Shown: piece after piece, positions 1 through 10,541 of the stretch
Layout: every line of letters begins with the position of its first letter
Position numbering within the stretch: position 1 is the first letter of the stretch
NCBI GenBank assembly: GCA_964429695.1
Contig: CAYSCS010000079.1
Location: forward strand, 1,121 to 65,120
Length of the DNA stretch: 64,000 nucleotides
Source of the DNA: an uncultured Eubacteriales bacterium
GTDB lineage: Bacteria; Acidobacteriota; Aminicenantia; Aminicenantales; Aminicenantaceae
Direction of reading: 5' to 3'
Program-made: the position numbers and the translations under genes
The notes under the pieces: generated by a model
The model's input: the letters and a program-made list of their open reading frames with translations, nothing else
What the model was told of the DNA's origin: nothing
Database searches by the model: none

Positions 1-1
1 A

Positions 2-3000
2 AGCGAAGAATCTATTTTAAATTTCAGAATCGAATCGCCCAGCAAAGAGCTACTCCAACAAGAATACATAGAAGCAGATCCAGAGCAAATCATGTTAATC
101 ATTCCTGAGAGTAAATTTAAACCTGGTTACACCTATTATGTAGAGGTAAAGCCAGGATTACTTGGAAAAGAAGGTTCTCTGGGAAGTGAAAAAAGTTATG
201 TCTTCAAATTTGAATCTTACAGGAAGTTTAGGCTTGAAACTCTTGAAATTAAGGAAGCCCACAATCCTTATGAACCCCTCAAGTTTATCTTCTCCAATCC
301 TGTTAGTTACAAAGAATTTATTTCAAAGGTGCGTTTTGAACCGCCGGTTGAAATCCCAGAGTATTACTCAAATTGGGAATATGCCGAGAGCACACTCTGG
401 CTCAGCCTACCCCTTGAACCTGAAAAAGATTACACAGTTTTAATTCCTTCCGAACTAAAAGATGAGGTGGGTAATGAACTCGATGCAGACCTCAAATTCA
501 GATTCTCAACGTCTGCCTATCCTCCTCATGTGCAAATAAACCCAGGGCAGGGAATTCTCGAAGCCTATGGAGGGCTGACTATTCCTCTCTATGCCGTAAA
601 TGCAAGGAAAGTAGTAATAAGGGCAGCGAAGATAAACAAAGAAGAGATCATCCCTCTTCTAAATTCAGAAAAGGTATTCTGGTCAAGCGAAAAATTCAAT
701 TTTGAGAAATATCCATTTTCCCAAAAGACGCTGAGTCTTGAGCTAAAAAAGAATAGATACGAAGTACGACCGCTAGGAATCGATGAATTTATTTCTAGAA
801 GATTTGGGTTTATTTTTCTCGAAATAGACACCTTGCTGGAGAGTAAATGGGAGAGGTACCCCAAGACATTCTTACAGATAACAGAGCTGGCTATCTCAGG
901 TAAATTTTCCCCCGAAAACAATATCATCTGGGTCACCGAGCTAAAAACCGGAACTCCTGTAGAAGGAGCGGAGGTTGAGATAAGAGACGACACCAACAAA
1001 ACGCTCTGGAAAGGCAGGACAGATGAAGAAGGAAAAGCTCAGACCCCGGGATGGGCTAAATTCGGGCTTAAACCCAAGAGTCGCTGGGACACACCGCGTC
1101 AATGGGTTTTTGCCCAACGAGGAGACGATATTGCTTTTTCAAACTCTGAGTGGGGGACAGGAATCTATCCCTATAGATTCGGAATTAATTATGAGTGGTA
1201 TCCCCAGCCCACTAAAATAGAAGGATATATATTTTCTGAAAAAGGTATTTACCGAGTCGGGGAGAAAGTTCATCTTAAAGGGATTTTCAGACAGAGGGAA
1301 AAAGGGGAATGGCGATTGCCTGCTCAGAAGGAGATTGAATGCGAAATTCAAGACCCATTTAATAAGACTGTATTCAAACAAAACCTTAACCTTGACCGCT
1401 TTGGCTCGTTTGAGACTGATTTTGAAACAGAGAAAGGAGCTCCCCTGGGCTCTTATGAAGTCAGGGCAAAATTTAAGCCTCTAGTCAAGGATGAAGAACC
1501 AACCACAATCACCTCTTCTTTCCGCATAGAAGCATTTAGAGGTGCAGAGTTTGAAGTACATCTCAAGAGCAGGAAAGAAAGCTATATTTTTGGAGAAAAA
1601 TACCAGGCTGAAGTTTCTGGTTCATATCTCTACGGCGGAGCCATGGAGGGACAAAAGGTCTCCTGGCATCTACGACTCAACCCATCATCCTTTGTTCCAC
1701 CCGGATATAAAGATTATGTGTTTGGAAACCAGATTGATAGATGGGAAAGGTATGAAGAACAAGAAAGCCGGCTCATCCATTCAGGAGAAGCAACTCTTAA
1801 TAAACAGGGTAAGTACGAAATATCAGCTAACCTCATTCCAGAGAAAGAAAAAGATTCAGTTTTAGCTACCCTCGAAGCCACTGTGGAAGACCCGGGCAGA
1901 AGAAGCGTCTCGACAAGGATTGAGACTATGGTTCATAGAGGCGAATATTACATTGGCCTTAGACCGAGCGCCTTTCTCCATGAAAAAGGAAAGGAACTCA
2001 CTGTGGAGATAATCTCAACAACTCCCGACGGTAATCTTATCCCTTCTCAGGAAATAGTCCTTAAACTTTTAAGAAGAGAATGGCATTCTGTAAAGAAGGC
2101 GGGAATTGGAGGGTACCGCTGGATAAGCGAAAAAAAGGATACAGAAATAGAAACCAAAGAACTCCGAACAGGAGATTCTCCCCTCCAAATTTCCTTCACC
2201 CCTGAAAAGGCCGGTCTCTATATTCTCATCGCCCGAGGTGCAGATTCGTTCCAAAATGATATTTCAACCTCTACTTATTTTTATGTGGTAGGCAGAGATT
2301 ATGTAGCCTGGGAGAGGAAAGACGATGATATTCTCGAACTGGTTACTGATAAGGATACCTATCAACCAGGTGAGATGGCGGAAATTCTGATTAAATCCCC
2401 CTATGAAAGAGCAATGGCGCTCATGACTATAGAACGTGAATTCATAATAGAACAGAGGGTGATGGAGATTGAAGGAAGCACCTCTCGCATAAGATTGCCA
2501 ATAAAGGCTGAATATATTCCCAATGTTTATCTCTCTCTTCTCCTTGTCCAGGGCAGAACCTCGGTTGAAGCTAAAGACACAAGAGAGGACCTGGGAAAGC
2601 CCTCATTCAAAATAGGCTACACAAGCTTAAAAGTCGATCCTTCTGAAAAAAGATTGAGGATCGTAATCAGCAAGGATAAAGAAGTTTATAAACCGAAAGA
2701 AAAAGTGAGGCTTAATTTAAAAGTCAAAGATTCTCAGGGACGCGGCACCCATGCCTGTCTCTCAGTGGCAGTAGTGGATGTGGGAATCCTAAACATAATC
2801 GGATATCAGACGCCAGATCCCTTTTCCCATTTTTATGCTGAGAAGCCTCTCTCTGTTCAAACTTCAGACACAAGACTTCATCTCATCGGGCAGAGGGAAT
2901 ACGGGAAAAAGGGAGAAGAAGTGGGCGGTGGCGCTGAGGAGGAAAAAGCAATGGCTCCCTTAGCCTTTCTCGCAGAGGTTGAACTTAGAGGTGATTTCAG

Positions 3001-5098
3001 AGCCACTGCTTACTGGAACCCTTCCCTTATCACTGATGATGAAGGGAATGCGAATATCGAGTTTATTCTTCCTGATAACCTTACCACCTTTCGCATCATG
3101 ACTGTGGCACAGACTGAGGATAGCCGTTTTGGGAGGCAGGAATCCACCTTCAAGGTTTCTAAACCTCTCCTTCTCCTTCCTTCTCTTCCCCGCTTTATTA
3201 GAGTCGGGGATAGATTCGAAGGGGGTGTCACAATCCACAGCAATTCCTCTGAAAAAGGAAATGTACTCATAAACTGTGAGGCAGAAGGGATTTCGCTCTT
3301 AGAGAAAAAGCCAATAAAGAAATTTTCTCTTCTCGCGGGAGAGGCAAGAGAAATCTTATTTCCCTTTGAGGCACTTCAGCCAGGGATAGCTAATTTATCT
3401 TTCCGAGCTCAAATGGGAAAAGAAACAGATGGTCTTCAAATAACAATCCCTATTGAATTGCCACGTGCTAGCGAGACAGTTGCCACTTCTGGCGAAGCCA
3501 AGGAATCATTGATAGAAAAAATTAGCATACCTGAGAATGTTTTCCATTCTGAAAGCAAACTAGAATTTCGAGCTTCCTCATCTTTGCTCTCTGGGCTCAA
3601 AGGATGTGTAGATTATCTCACTGAATATCCTTTTCTCTGTCTTGAGCAACAAGTCTCTTCAATCTTACCTTATTTAGTGGCTTCAAATATCATTCAAGAT
3701 TTTCAGCTGAGTAAATTTAACAGGGAACAAATCTCACAATATGTTCAAGAAACGATTAACGAATTCACCAAATACCAGAAAGAAAACGGCGGATTTGGCC
3801 TCTGGATTGATTCTACCTCTGATTCACCTTTTTTAACCTGCTTCACTGTCTTTGCTCTCTTAAAGGCGAAAGATCAAGGATACGAAGTAAACGAATATAC
3901 TTTGAATCAATCGCAAAAATATCTGAGGCAGCTTGTGCGAGGAAGGCTTCAGATGAAAAACTATCCTTATAGCTTAAGATCATGGAAAACAACGCAAGCT
4001 TTTGCTCTTTACATCCTTGGCCTTCTCCATGACCCTCACCCCTCATTCGTAGAGAAGCTTTTCACCGAAAGAGAGGAGCTTTCTCTTTTCGGAAAAACCT
4101 TATTACTCAAAGCCCTCTACCATGGAAGAGGAAATAAAGATGCTCAGGATGCCCTATTTGAAGAACTGATGAATAAAATTAAAGTAACCCCCACTGATGC
4201 TCATTTTGAAGATGACGAAGGAGAAAGAGGAGGGTGGATTTATTCCTCCAACCTCAGGACAACATCCTTTATCCTCCAGAGTATGATTGAAATTGGAAGG
4301 GAGCATCCTCTCATGTCCAATATTTCTAAGTGGATCGTTAAAAGGAAGAAGGCAGGCAAGTGGGCTTCTACGCAGGAAAATTTTTACGCCTTCTATGCAC
4401 TAAACGAGTTTTACAAAAAATATGAAGGAGAAAAGCCAGATTTCAAGCTGAAAGTACTCCTCAAGGACGAGGCTCTCCTTGAAGAAGCATTCAGAGGGAA
4501 AGAAGAGAAAGTAATCACTTGCGAGAAATCTCTGAAGCACTTCACACCTGGAGAGGTTATTCCGCTCAAAATTTATAAAGATGGGTTTGGTCCTCTTTTC
4601 TATGAAACGAGAATGACATATGCTCCTAAATATAGGTTCGAGCCACTTGATGAAGGAATTGTAGTTCACAAAGAAATAAAATCTATGGAAGGGAAGCCCC
4701 TTGAATACATAAAAGCAGGGTCACTCATCATTGTTACCCTTAAGGTCATAGTTCCTCAGGAAAGCTTGTTTGTGGTGATAGAAGACCCGCTTCCTGCGGG
4801 ATTTGAGGCTGTGAACCCTACCTTTATCACAGAAAGCGAGGAGGAACAGAGGAGGCTTCAGGAAATGCAGAGAGATGTAGAAAGATATTGGTGGCAGGGG
4901 TTCAATCACATAGAAATGCATGATAACAAGGTCTTGCTCTTTGCCGATAGTCTCCCTTCTGGCGTTCATACGCATAGCTACATGGCAAGAGCCCTAACAC
5001 CCGGAATCTTTAATTCACCTGGGACAAAGGCAGAGCAGATGTATTCACCTGAAGTCTTTGGTAGGGCGCCTGAAGTGAAAGTGGAAATTAGAAAATGA
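2..5098 (+). CDS. Bacterial alpha-2-macroglobulin family protein (YfhM-like), 5'-truncated by window edge
   Basis: Frame open from position 2 (SEESILNF...) through the ATG at 92. MG-domain motifs (IYRVGEKVHLKG, DKDTYQPGE, TAYWNPSLITD, LPDNLTTFR), thioester motif CLEQ at 3638-3649, C-terminal DPLPAGFE and AEQMYSPEVFGR. ATGA overlap with pbpC. Confidence 0.95.
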   Translation, partial: SEESILNFRIESPSKELLQQEYIEADPEQIMLIIPESKFKPGYTYYVEVKPGLLGKEGSLGSEKSYVFKFESYRKFRLETLEIKEAHNPYEPLKFIFSNPVSYKEFISKVRFEPPVEIPEYYSNWEYAESTLWLSLPLEPEKDYTVLIPSELKDEVGNELDADLKFRFSTSAYPPHVQINPGQGILEAYGGLTIPLYAVNARKVVIRAAKINKEEIIPLLNSEKVFWSSEKFNFEKYPFSQKTLSLELKKNRYEVRPLGIDEFISRRFGFIFLEIDTLLESKWERYPKTFLQITELAISGKFSPENNIIWVTELKTGTPVEGAEVEIRDDTNKTLWKGRTDEEGKAQTPGWAKFGLKPKSRWDTPRQWVFAQRGDDIAFSNSEWGTGIYPYRFGINYEWYPQPTKIEGYIFSEKGIYRVGEKVHLKGIFRQREKGEWRLPAQKEIECEIQDPFNKTVFKQNLNLDRFGSFETDFETEKGAPLGSYEVRAKFKPLVKDEEPTTITSSFRIEAFRGAEFEVHLKSRKESYIFGEKYQAEVSGSYLYGGAMEGQKVSWHLRLNPSSFVPPGYKDYVFGNQIDRWERYEEQESRLIHSGEATLNKQGKYEISANLIPEKEKDSVLATLEATVEDPGRRSVSTRIETMVHRGEYYIGLRPSAFLHEKGKELTVEIISTTPDGNLIPSQEIVLKLLRREWHSVKKAGIGGYRWISEKKDTEIETKELRTGDSPLQISFTPEKAGLYILIARGADSFQNDISTSTYFYVVGRDYVAWERKDDDILELVTDKDTYQPGEMAEILIKSPYERAMALMTIEREFIIEQRVMEIEGSTSRIRLPIKAEYIPNVYLSLLLVQGRTSVEAKDTREDLGKPSFKIGYTSLKVDPSEKRLRIVISKDKEVYKPKEKVRLNLKVKDSQGRGTHACLSVAVVDVGILNIIGYQTPDPFSHFYAEKPLSVQTSDTRLHLIGQREYGKKGEEVGGGAEEEKAMAPLAFLAEVELRGDFRATAYWNPSLITDDEGNANIEFILPDNLTTFRIMTVAQTEDSRFGRQESTFKVSKPLLLLPSLPRFIRVGDRFEGGVTIHSNSSEKGNVLINCEAEGISLLEKKPIKKFSLLAGEAREILFPFEALQPGIANLSFRAQMGKETDGLQITIPIELPRASETVATSGEAKESLIEKISIPENVFHSESKLEFRASSSLLSGLKGCVDYLTEYPFLCLEQQVSSILPYLVASNIIQDFQLSKFNREQISQYVQETINEFTKYQKENGGFGLWIDSTSDSPFLTCFTVFALLKAKDQGYEVNEYTLNQSQKYLRQLVRGRLQMKNYPYSLRSWKTTQAFALYILGLLHDPHPSFVEKLFTEREELSLFGKTLLLKALYHGRGNKDAQDALFEELMNKIKVTPTDAHFEDDEGERGGWIYSSNLRTTSFILQSMIEIGREHPLMSNISKWIVKRKKAGKWASTQENFYAFYALNEFYKKYEGEKPDFKLKVLLKDEALLEEAFRGKEEKVITCEKSLKHFTPGEVIPLKIYKDGFGPLFYETRMTYAPKYRFEPLDEGIVVHKEIKSMEGKPLEYIKAGSLIIVTLKVIVPQESLFVVIEDPLPAGFEAVNPTFITESEEEQRRLQEMQRDVERYWWQGFNHIEMHDNKVLLFADSLPSGVHTHSYMARALTPGIFNSPGTKAEQMYSPEVFGRAPEVKVEIRK

Positions 5099-7344
5099 TC
5101 AGAAAAGTATTAATCTCTTTTTTAATTTTTCTTGTGGGCATAACATCGTCGCTTTATCTTCCCTTTCCTAAAACCAAGTTGACCCCTACACCTGGAATCT
5201 CGCTTCTTATTGTAGATAGAAATAACATATTGCTTAGAGAAGTTCTTTCTGATGAAGGTGGCTACTGTCAATGGATTTCCCTTGAGAAAATTCCTGTTTT
5301 CCTCATCAAAGCAACTTTAGTTGCAGAAGATAGACACTTCTTCCTTCACCCTGGAATTAATGCTTTCGCCATAACAAGGTCTCTTATAAAAAATGTAATG
5401 GCAGGGAGGATTGTTTCAGGAGGTTCTACCATAACGCAGCAACTAATAAGAAACATTTATCGTGAGCCTAGGACTATTTTCTCCAAAATGAGAGAGGCAT
5501 GGCTTTCGCTGAGATTGGAAAGGACTATTTCCAAGGAAGAAATTTTGGAACAGTATTTAAACAGAGTTTACTACGGGAACAGTGCATATGGAATCGAAGC
5601 AGCCTCAAGGTTATACTTTGATAAACATTGTGCTGACCTCAGTCTTGCTGAAAGCTGTTTTTTAGCTTCCCTTCCTCGCTCTCCATCAAGGCTCAACCCT
5701 TTCAGACAATTCCAGGAAATAAAAAAAAGACAGAAAGTCCTCATCAGAAAGATGTTTCAGCGAGGATTCATAAACAAACAGGAAATGATGAGAGCTCTGG
5801 AAGAAAAAGTATCCATTTGTCCCGAAGTAAAAAAATTTCGCGCTCCTCATTTCTGCGATTTCATCTTGAAGAAAATTCCTCATGAGGAAAGAAGGGAGCT
5901 CTCTCTGATCCGAACTTCCCTTGACTACTCTCTCCAAGAAAAAGTCGAGAATCTGGTGAGAAACCATCTTAAATCGATAGAAGAAAAAGGGGCAACTAAT
6001 GCGGCTGTGATTGTGCTTGAAAATTCTACAGGAGAGATATTGTCTATGCTTGGTTCAAAGGACTTTTTTGATTCAAGATTAGATGGTCAAGTAAACGCCG
6101 CCCTTTCTTTACGTCAACCCGGCTCAACATTAAAGCCCTTTACTTATGGTCTTGCCTTGGAAAATGGGATGACTGCAGCCACAATCATAGATGATGTAGA
6201 AATTCAATTCCCAACTCCCCGTGGATTTTATATTCCCTTGAATTATGACAGAAAATATCATGGCCCTCTGCGTTTAAGACATGCGCTTGCCTGTTCTTAT
6301 AATATCCCTGCTGTCTCTTTATTAGAAAAGCTAGGGCCTGACTTTCTTTTTAAAAAGTTGAATGAAATGGGATTCACCAGTCTAAATCAAAGCCCAAATT
6401 TTTACGGCTTAGGACTTACCTTAGGAAACGGAGAAGTAACCCTTCTTGAGCTCGTAAATGCTTATTCTACCCTAGCCCGAGGCGGGATTTATTTTAAGGA
6501 AAAGACATTCTTAAGGATTGAAGACATAAGGCACAGAGAGGTTAATAAATATGAGATAAGCAAAAAACAAAGGTCATTCTCGCCTCAGGTTGCTTATCTT
6601 ATTACCCACATACTCATGGACAAGGATGCCCGTATTCCCTCTTTTGGCTACAATTCACCTCTTAACTTCTCCTTTGAATGTGCAGTGAAGACAGGGACTT
6701 CAAAGAACTTTAGAGATAATTGGACTCTGGGGTACACACCTCGTTTCACTGTGGGAACTTGGGTCGGGAATTTTGACGGTTCTCCAATGCACAACATCTC
6801 AGGGGTTTCTGGTTCGGGCCCGCTTTTTAGAGACATCATGTATCTCTTAGAAAAAGGAAAACCCGAAGAAAAGTTTAAAGAGCCTCCTGGTCTTATTCAA
6901 AAAAATATCTGCCCTATTTCTGGAAAACTGCCAACATCAGGGTGTCCCGGAAGCATCAAGGAATTATTCATCCAAGGTAGTGAGCCTAAAGAACATTGTC
7001 CTCTCCATCAAATAAACGAATTCAACCAGAGGATAGAAAATAGGCCTCCACGCCGTGAAAAGGGCTCTCTAATAAGAATAATTTTTCCTGCAAATGGAGA
7101 TTCATTCAAAATAGACCCCATTCTCAAGAAAGAGTATCAAATAATAAAGTTCAAAGCCATAGTAGATGAAAATCTCAAGTCAATACCCATAGAATGGTGG
7201 TTAAACGATAAAAAAATCGGCATCTCCCATACCCCTCATTTTTTCTCTTGGAAAATTGAATGTGGGACTTTCACTCTTAAGGCAAGGGCACACGTGGGAA
7301 AGAACATGATCGAGACTGCTCCTCTAAAGTTCAGTGTCTTTTAA
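5095..7344 (+). CDS. pbpC: Penicillin-binding protein 1C
   Basis: Transglycosylase EDRHFFLHPG, SGGSTITQQL, YLNRVYYG; transpeptidase SxxK (PGSTLK), SYN, KTGT; C-terminal ICPISG..C; canonical partner of A2M. Confidence 0.93.
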   Translation: MIRKVLISFLIFLVGITSSLYLPFPKTKLTPTPGISLLIVDRNNILLREVLSDEGGYCQWISLEKIPVFLIKATLVAEDRHFFLHPGINAFAITRSLIKNVMAGRIVSGGSTITQQLIRNIYREPRTIFSKMREAWLSLRLERTISKEEILEQYLNRVYYGNSAYGIEAASRLYFDKHCADLSLAESCFLASLPRSPSRLNPFRQFQEIKKRQKVLIRKMFQRGFINKQEMMRALEEKVSICPEVKKFRAPHFCDFILKKIPHEERRELSLIRTSLDYSLQEKVENLVRNHLKSIEEKGATNAAVIVLENSTGEILSMLGSKDFFDSRLDGQVNAALSLRQPGSTLKPFTYGLALENGMTAATIIDDVEIQFPTPRGFYIPLNYDRKYHGPLRLRHALACSYNIPAVSLLEKLGPDFLFKKLNEMGFTSLNQSPNFYGLGLTLGNGEVTLLELVNAYSTLARGGIYFKEKTFLRIEDIRHREVNKYEISKKQRSFSPQVAYLITHILMDKDARIPSFGYNSPLNFSFECAVKTGTSKNFRDNWTLGYTPRFTVGTWVGNFDGSPMHNISGVSGSGPLFRDIMYLLEKGKPEEKFKEPPGLIQKNICPISGKLPTSGCPGSIKELFIQGSEPKEHCPLHQINEFNQRIENRPPRREKGSLIRIIFPANGDSFKIDPILKKEYQIIKFKAIVDENLKSIPIEWWLNDKKIGISHTPHFFSWKIECGTFTLKARAHVGKNMIETAPLKFSVF

Positions 7345-7443
7345 GGAAAATAAGGTTAGAAGAAAAATATCTTTAAAAAAAATGTATGTTTTTATACAAA
7401 CTCAAGCGAAAATCTACTTTCAAGGAAAGGAGGAAGAAGCTAA

Positions 7444-7836
7444 ATGAAAAAAGTAATTAAGACAGATAATGCTCCTCAGGCTATAGGCCCTTATTCACAA
7501 GCAATAGAGGTTGATGGGTTCATTTTTGTTTCTGGACAAATTCCCCTTGACCCTTCATCCGGTGAAATTAGCAAGGGAAAAATAGAAGAACAAACGCGCC
7601 TTGTACTCAAAAATTTAAAGGCTGTTCTTGAAGCTGGAGGAAGCTCTCTTGAAGAAGTTGTTAAATGCACCGTATTTCTTCAAGACATGGAGGATTTCGG
7701 ACAAATCAACTCGGTTTATGCTGAGTTCTTCAAACCTCCTTATCCTGCCAGAGCTGCAGTTCAAGTTGCGCGTCTTCCCAAAGATGTAAAAATTGAAATA
7801 GAGGCGATTGCCATGAAGAAAAACAGGATTAGATAG
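7444..7836 (+). CDS. ridA: RidA family reactive imine deaminase (YjgF/YER057c/UK114)
   Basis: [35 protein letters not shown]; strong SD aggagg upstream. Confidence 0.93.
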   Translation: MKKVIKTDNAPQAIGPYSQAIEVDGFIFVSGQIPLDPSSGEISKGKIEEQTRLVLKNLKAVLEAGGSSLEEVVKCTVFLQDMEDFGQINSVYAEFFKPPYPARAAVQVARLPKDVKIEIEAIAMKKNRIR

Positions 7837-7873
7837 CCTACAATCAGAAAAACTCCTTTTCCCTCTGTTTTAG

Positions 7874-7902
7874 TTGTTAAAAAAACACAAATTGAATAAA
7901 AT
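7874..7902 (+). promoter_or_regulatory. Sigma70-like promoter, probably leaderless for the FmdB gene
   Basis: TTGTTA(7874-7879)-17 bp-TAAAAT(7897-7902), 8 nt before ATG 7911; no SD. Confidence 0.5.
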
Positions 7903-7910
7903 ATTATTCA

Positions 7911-8129
7911 ATGCCAATCTACGAATTTCTCTGCGATAAGTGTGGGAATAAATTTGAAGTCTTGTGTACTATAGGGAAGGAGAAGGGAATAAGCTGTGGA
8001 GAATGCGGGAGTAAAGAAATAAGGAAGCTCCTCTCTTCCTTCGGTATAGGGGGAGGAAGCATCCGGCTGCGCTCCTCTTCACCAGCATGTTCCTCCTGTG
8101 TAACAAAATCCTGTAGCACTTGCAAGTAG
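7911..8129 (+). CDS. FmdB family zinc-ribbon protein
   Basis: MPIYEFLCDKCG..FE..CGECGS signature with Cys-rich C-terminus. Confidence 0.88.
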   Translation: MPIYEFLCDKCGNKFEVLCTIGKEKGISCGECGSKEIRKLLSSFGIGGGSIRLRSSSPACSSCVTKSCSTCK

Positions 8130-8534
8130 AAGCGTAGAAGATGTTTTCTTAACTGAAATTGCACTTCAAAAAGTACCGTTCCTTTCATCTTATGAGCAAT
8201 GATGAGAATAACCTAAAATTCGGGTCACAAGCTTCCCAGTGGAAAGCTTTAATATTTTCAAGAAGAAACATTAATTCCCATTTAGACTCCTCCTTCGTCA
8301 CTCTCAATAAACATACCTCTTTATTATAAGCTAATTTATTCTTAAGCTCATTCAATCCTTAAGACTCGAGAGAGCCAAACTAAATACACCCCTTCTTCAT
8401 CAAGAATCGAGAAAATCATCAAGAGCATTAGATAAATCTTGAATCCTGCTCCCATAATTTGCCGATTGATGCCTTCGTTTCTCCCCTGTCTACCTTTCTT
8501 GACTTTATTACAGCCTTCAATAATCATATCTTTC

Positions 8535-10541
8535 ATGAAAAACACAATCAGAATTGGAGTGGATACAGGAGGCACTTTTACAGATTTTGTAATTTCCCTT
8601 CAACAAAGATTAGAAATCATCAAAATCCCATCTACTCCTCCCAACCCTTGTCTTGCGATTCTTGAAGGGCTCAATAAATTTTTAGATGAAAAGAATGTTT
8701 CAATCATCCATGGAACTACTATTGGGACAAATTCTCTTCTTGAAAGAAAAGGAGGACCACTCGCACTCATCACAACTGAAGGTTTTGAAGATATAATTTT
8801 CATCGGTAGACAAACAAGAAGGAAGCTTTACAGCCTGAGAGGAGAGGAAAGGTTTTTTATTCTTCCCCGCAGGTTATGTTTCGGAATAGAGGAAAGGACC
8901 CTGGCCTCAGGGAAGATTTTACGCAAGGTAAATATTCAGGAGTTAGAAAAAATCGTAAAGAAAATTTTAAAATCTAAAGTAAAAGCAGTTAGTATTTGCC
9001 TCCTCCATTCCTATGTAAACCCCTCCAACGAAATAAAAATTAGAAATAAATTGAAAAAACACGGTTTTTTACTCTCGATTTCTCACGAAATCTTGCCTGA
9101 ATACAGGGAATATGAAAGGACTACTGTGACTACGGTTAATGCCTATCTCATGCCGGTGATGAATTCCTATCTTGAAGAACTTGAGAAAAATCTTCGTCAG
9201 GCTGACCTCAGAATCATGCAATCCAATGAAGGATACATATCTTGCGAAAAAGCAAGAAAAGAGCCAATAAGGACGGTTCTTTCCGGGCCGGCTGGGGGGG
9301 TTGTGGGTGCCTTTTCCATTGCCAGAAGCTCGGGTTTCAAAAAAATCATAACTTTTGACATGGGAGGTACTTCCACTGATGTCTCCTTAATAGATGGAAT
9401 GATTAGAAGGACAAACGAATGTTTGATTGGAGATTTCCCCATAAGAATACCCATCATTGATGTCCATAGTGTGGGAGCTGGAGGAGGCTCGATTGCCTAT
9501 GTGGACAAAGGAGGATCACTGAGGGTTGGGCCTCAGAGTGCCGGCGCTTCCCCTGGCCCTGCTTGTTATGGAAAAGGAAAACTTCCTACAGTTACAGATG
9601 CAAACCTTGTTCTTGGTCGTCTCGTCCCTGAATTCTTTCTGGGCGGAAAAATGAAAATCTATCCCGAAGAAAGCCGCAGAGCTATTAAGGAAATAGCACA
9701 AAATATCGGGAAAACAGTGTTAGAAACTGCTGAAGGTGTCATTGAAATTGCAAATGCGAACATGGAAAAAGCAATCCGTGTGATTTCGATAGAGAAAGGA
9801 ATAGACCCCAGGTCCTTCGCCCTTTTTTCCTTTGGAGGAGCAGGAGGAATGCATGCTACTGAAATAGCGTCTCGGCTAAATATAAAAACAGTAATAATTC
9901 CCAAAAACGCTGGAGTCCTTTCAGCACTGGGGCTTCTCTTTGCAGATTCAGTAAAAGATTATTCCAAATCAATCCTTAAAACGACAGATGCCATAAGCAA
10001 AGAAAAACTCAAGTCATACATCCTCGAACTTGCAGACAAAGGATTGCGCGAGATGAAGGAAGAAGGATTCAAAAGAAACGAAATTAGACTTTTCCCCTCT
10101 CTTGACCTGAGATATCTCGGTCAGTCGTATGAAATAAACATTCCTTTCACTGAAAAATTTATTTCTAATTTCCATAGGGCTCATAAAAAAATATATTCTT
10201 ATTACCATCCCCAAAGAAAAATTGAGATAGTAAATTTAAGGCTAAAAGTGATAGGAAGAGGCGAGAAAATTACCCTAGAAAGGAAGAATTTCCAGCCTTC
10301 AAACCCAAAAACAGCGTTTTTTAAAAAACAAACCTTTATCTTCAAGCAAAAAGAATACGAGGCAAGTGTATTTCTCAGGTCAAAACTCACTCCTGGAACA
10401 AAGATTGAGGGCCCTTCGCTCGTAGTCGACACTGAATCCACCGCCTTCCTTCCCCCCTCCTGGCAACTCGAAGTGGACGGTTTTTTAAACCTGATTTTGA
10501 AGCCTGAGGAGAAGAATCATGAAGGAATTCGACCCCATTGA
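8535..10541 (+). CDS. Hydantoinase/5-oxoprolinase subunit A
   Basis: IGVDTGGTFTD, HGTTIGTN, REYER, SGPAGG, DMGGTSTD, GAGGGS, GPACYG, TVTDAN. Start moved from TTG 8439 to ATG 8535 (MKNTIRIGVD). Confidence 0.92.
   Translation: MKNTIRIGVDTGGTFTDFVISLQQRLEIIKIPSTPPNPCLAILEGLNKFLDEKNVSIIHGTTIGTNSLLERKGGPLALITTEGFEDIIFIGRQTRRKLYSLRGEERFFILPRRLCFGIEERTLASGKILRKVNIQELEKIVKKILKSKVKAVSICLLHSYVNPSNEIKIRNKLKKHGFLLSISHEILPEYREYERTTVTTVNAYLMPVMNSYLEELEKNLRQADLRIMQSNEGYISCEKARKEPIRTVLSGPAGGVVGAFSIARSSGFKKIITFDMGGTSTDVSLIDGMIRRTNECLIGDFPIRIPIIDVHSVGAGGGSIAYVDKGGSLRVGPQSAGASPGPACYGKGKLPTVTDANLVLGRLVPEFFLGGKMKIYPEESRRAIKEIAQNIGKTVLETAEGVIEIANANMEKAIRVISIEKGIDPRSFALFSFGGAGGMHATEIASRLNIKTVIIPKNAGVLSALGLLFADSVKDYSKSILKTTDAISKEKLKSYILELADKGLREMKEEGFKRNEIRLFPSLDLRYLGQSYEINIPFTEKFISNFHRAHKKIYSYYHPQRKIEIVNLRLKVIGRGEKITLERKNFQPSNPKTAFFKKQTFIFKQKEYEASVFLRSKLTPGTKIEGPSLVVDTESTAFLPPSWQLEVDGFLNLILKPEEKNHEGIRPH

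Noticed and set aside
8439-8534. N-terminal extension of hydantoinase A in the ORF track
   Set aside because: The family motif begins right after ATG 8535, and the extension overlaps a promoter-like sequence.
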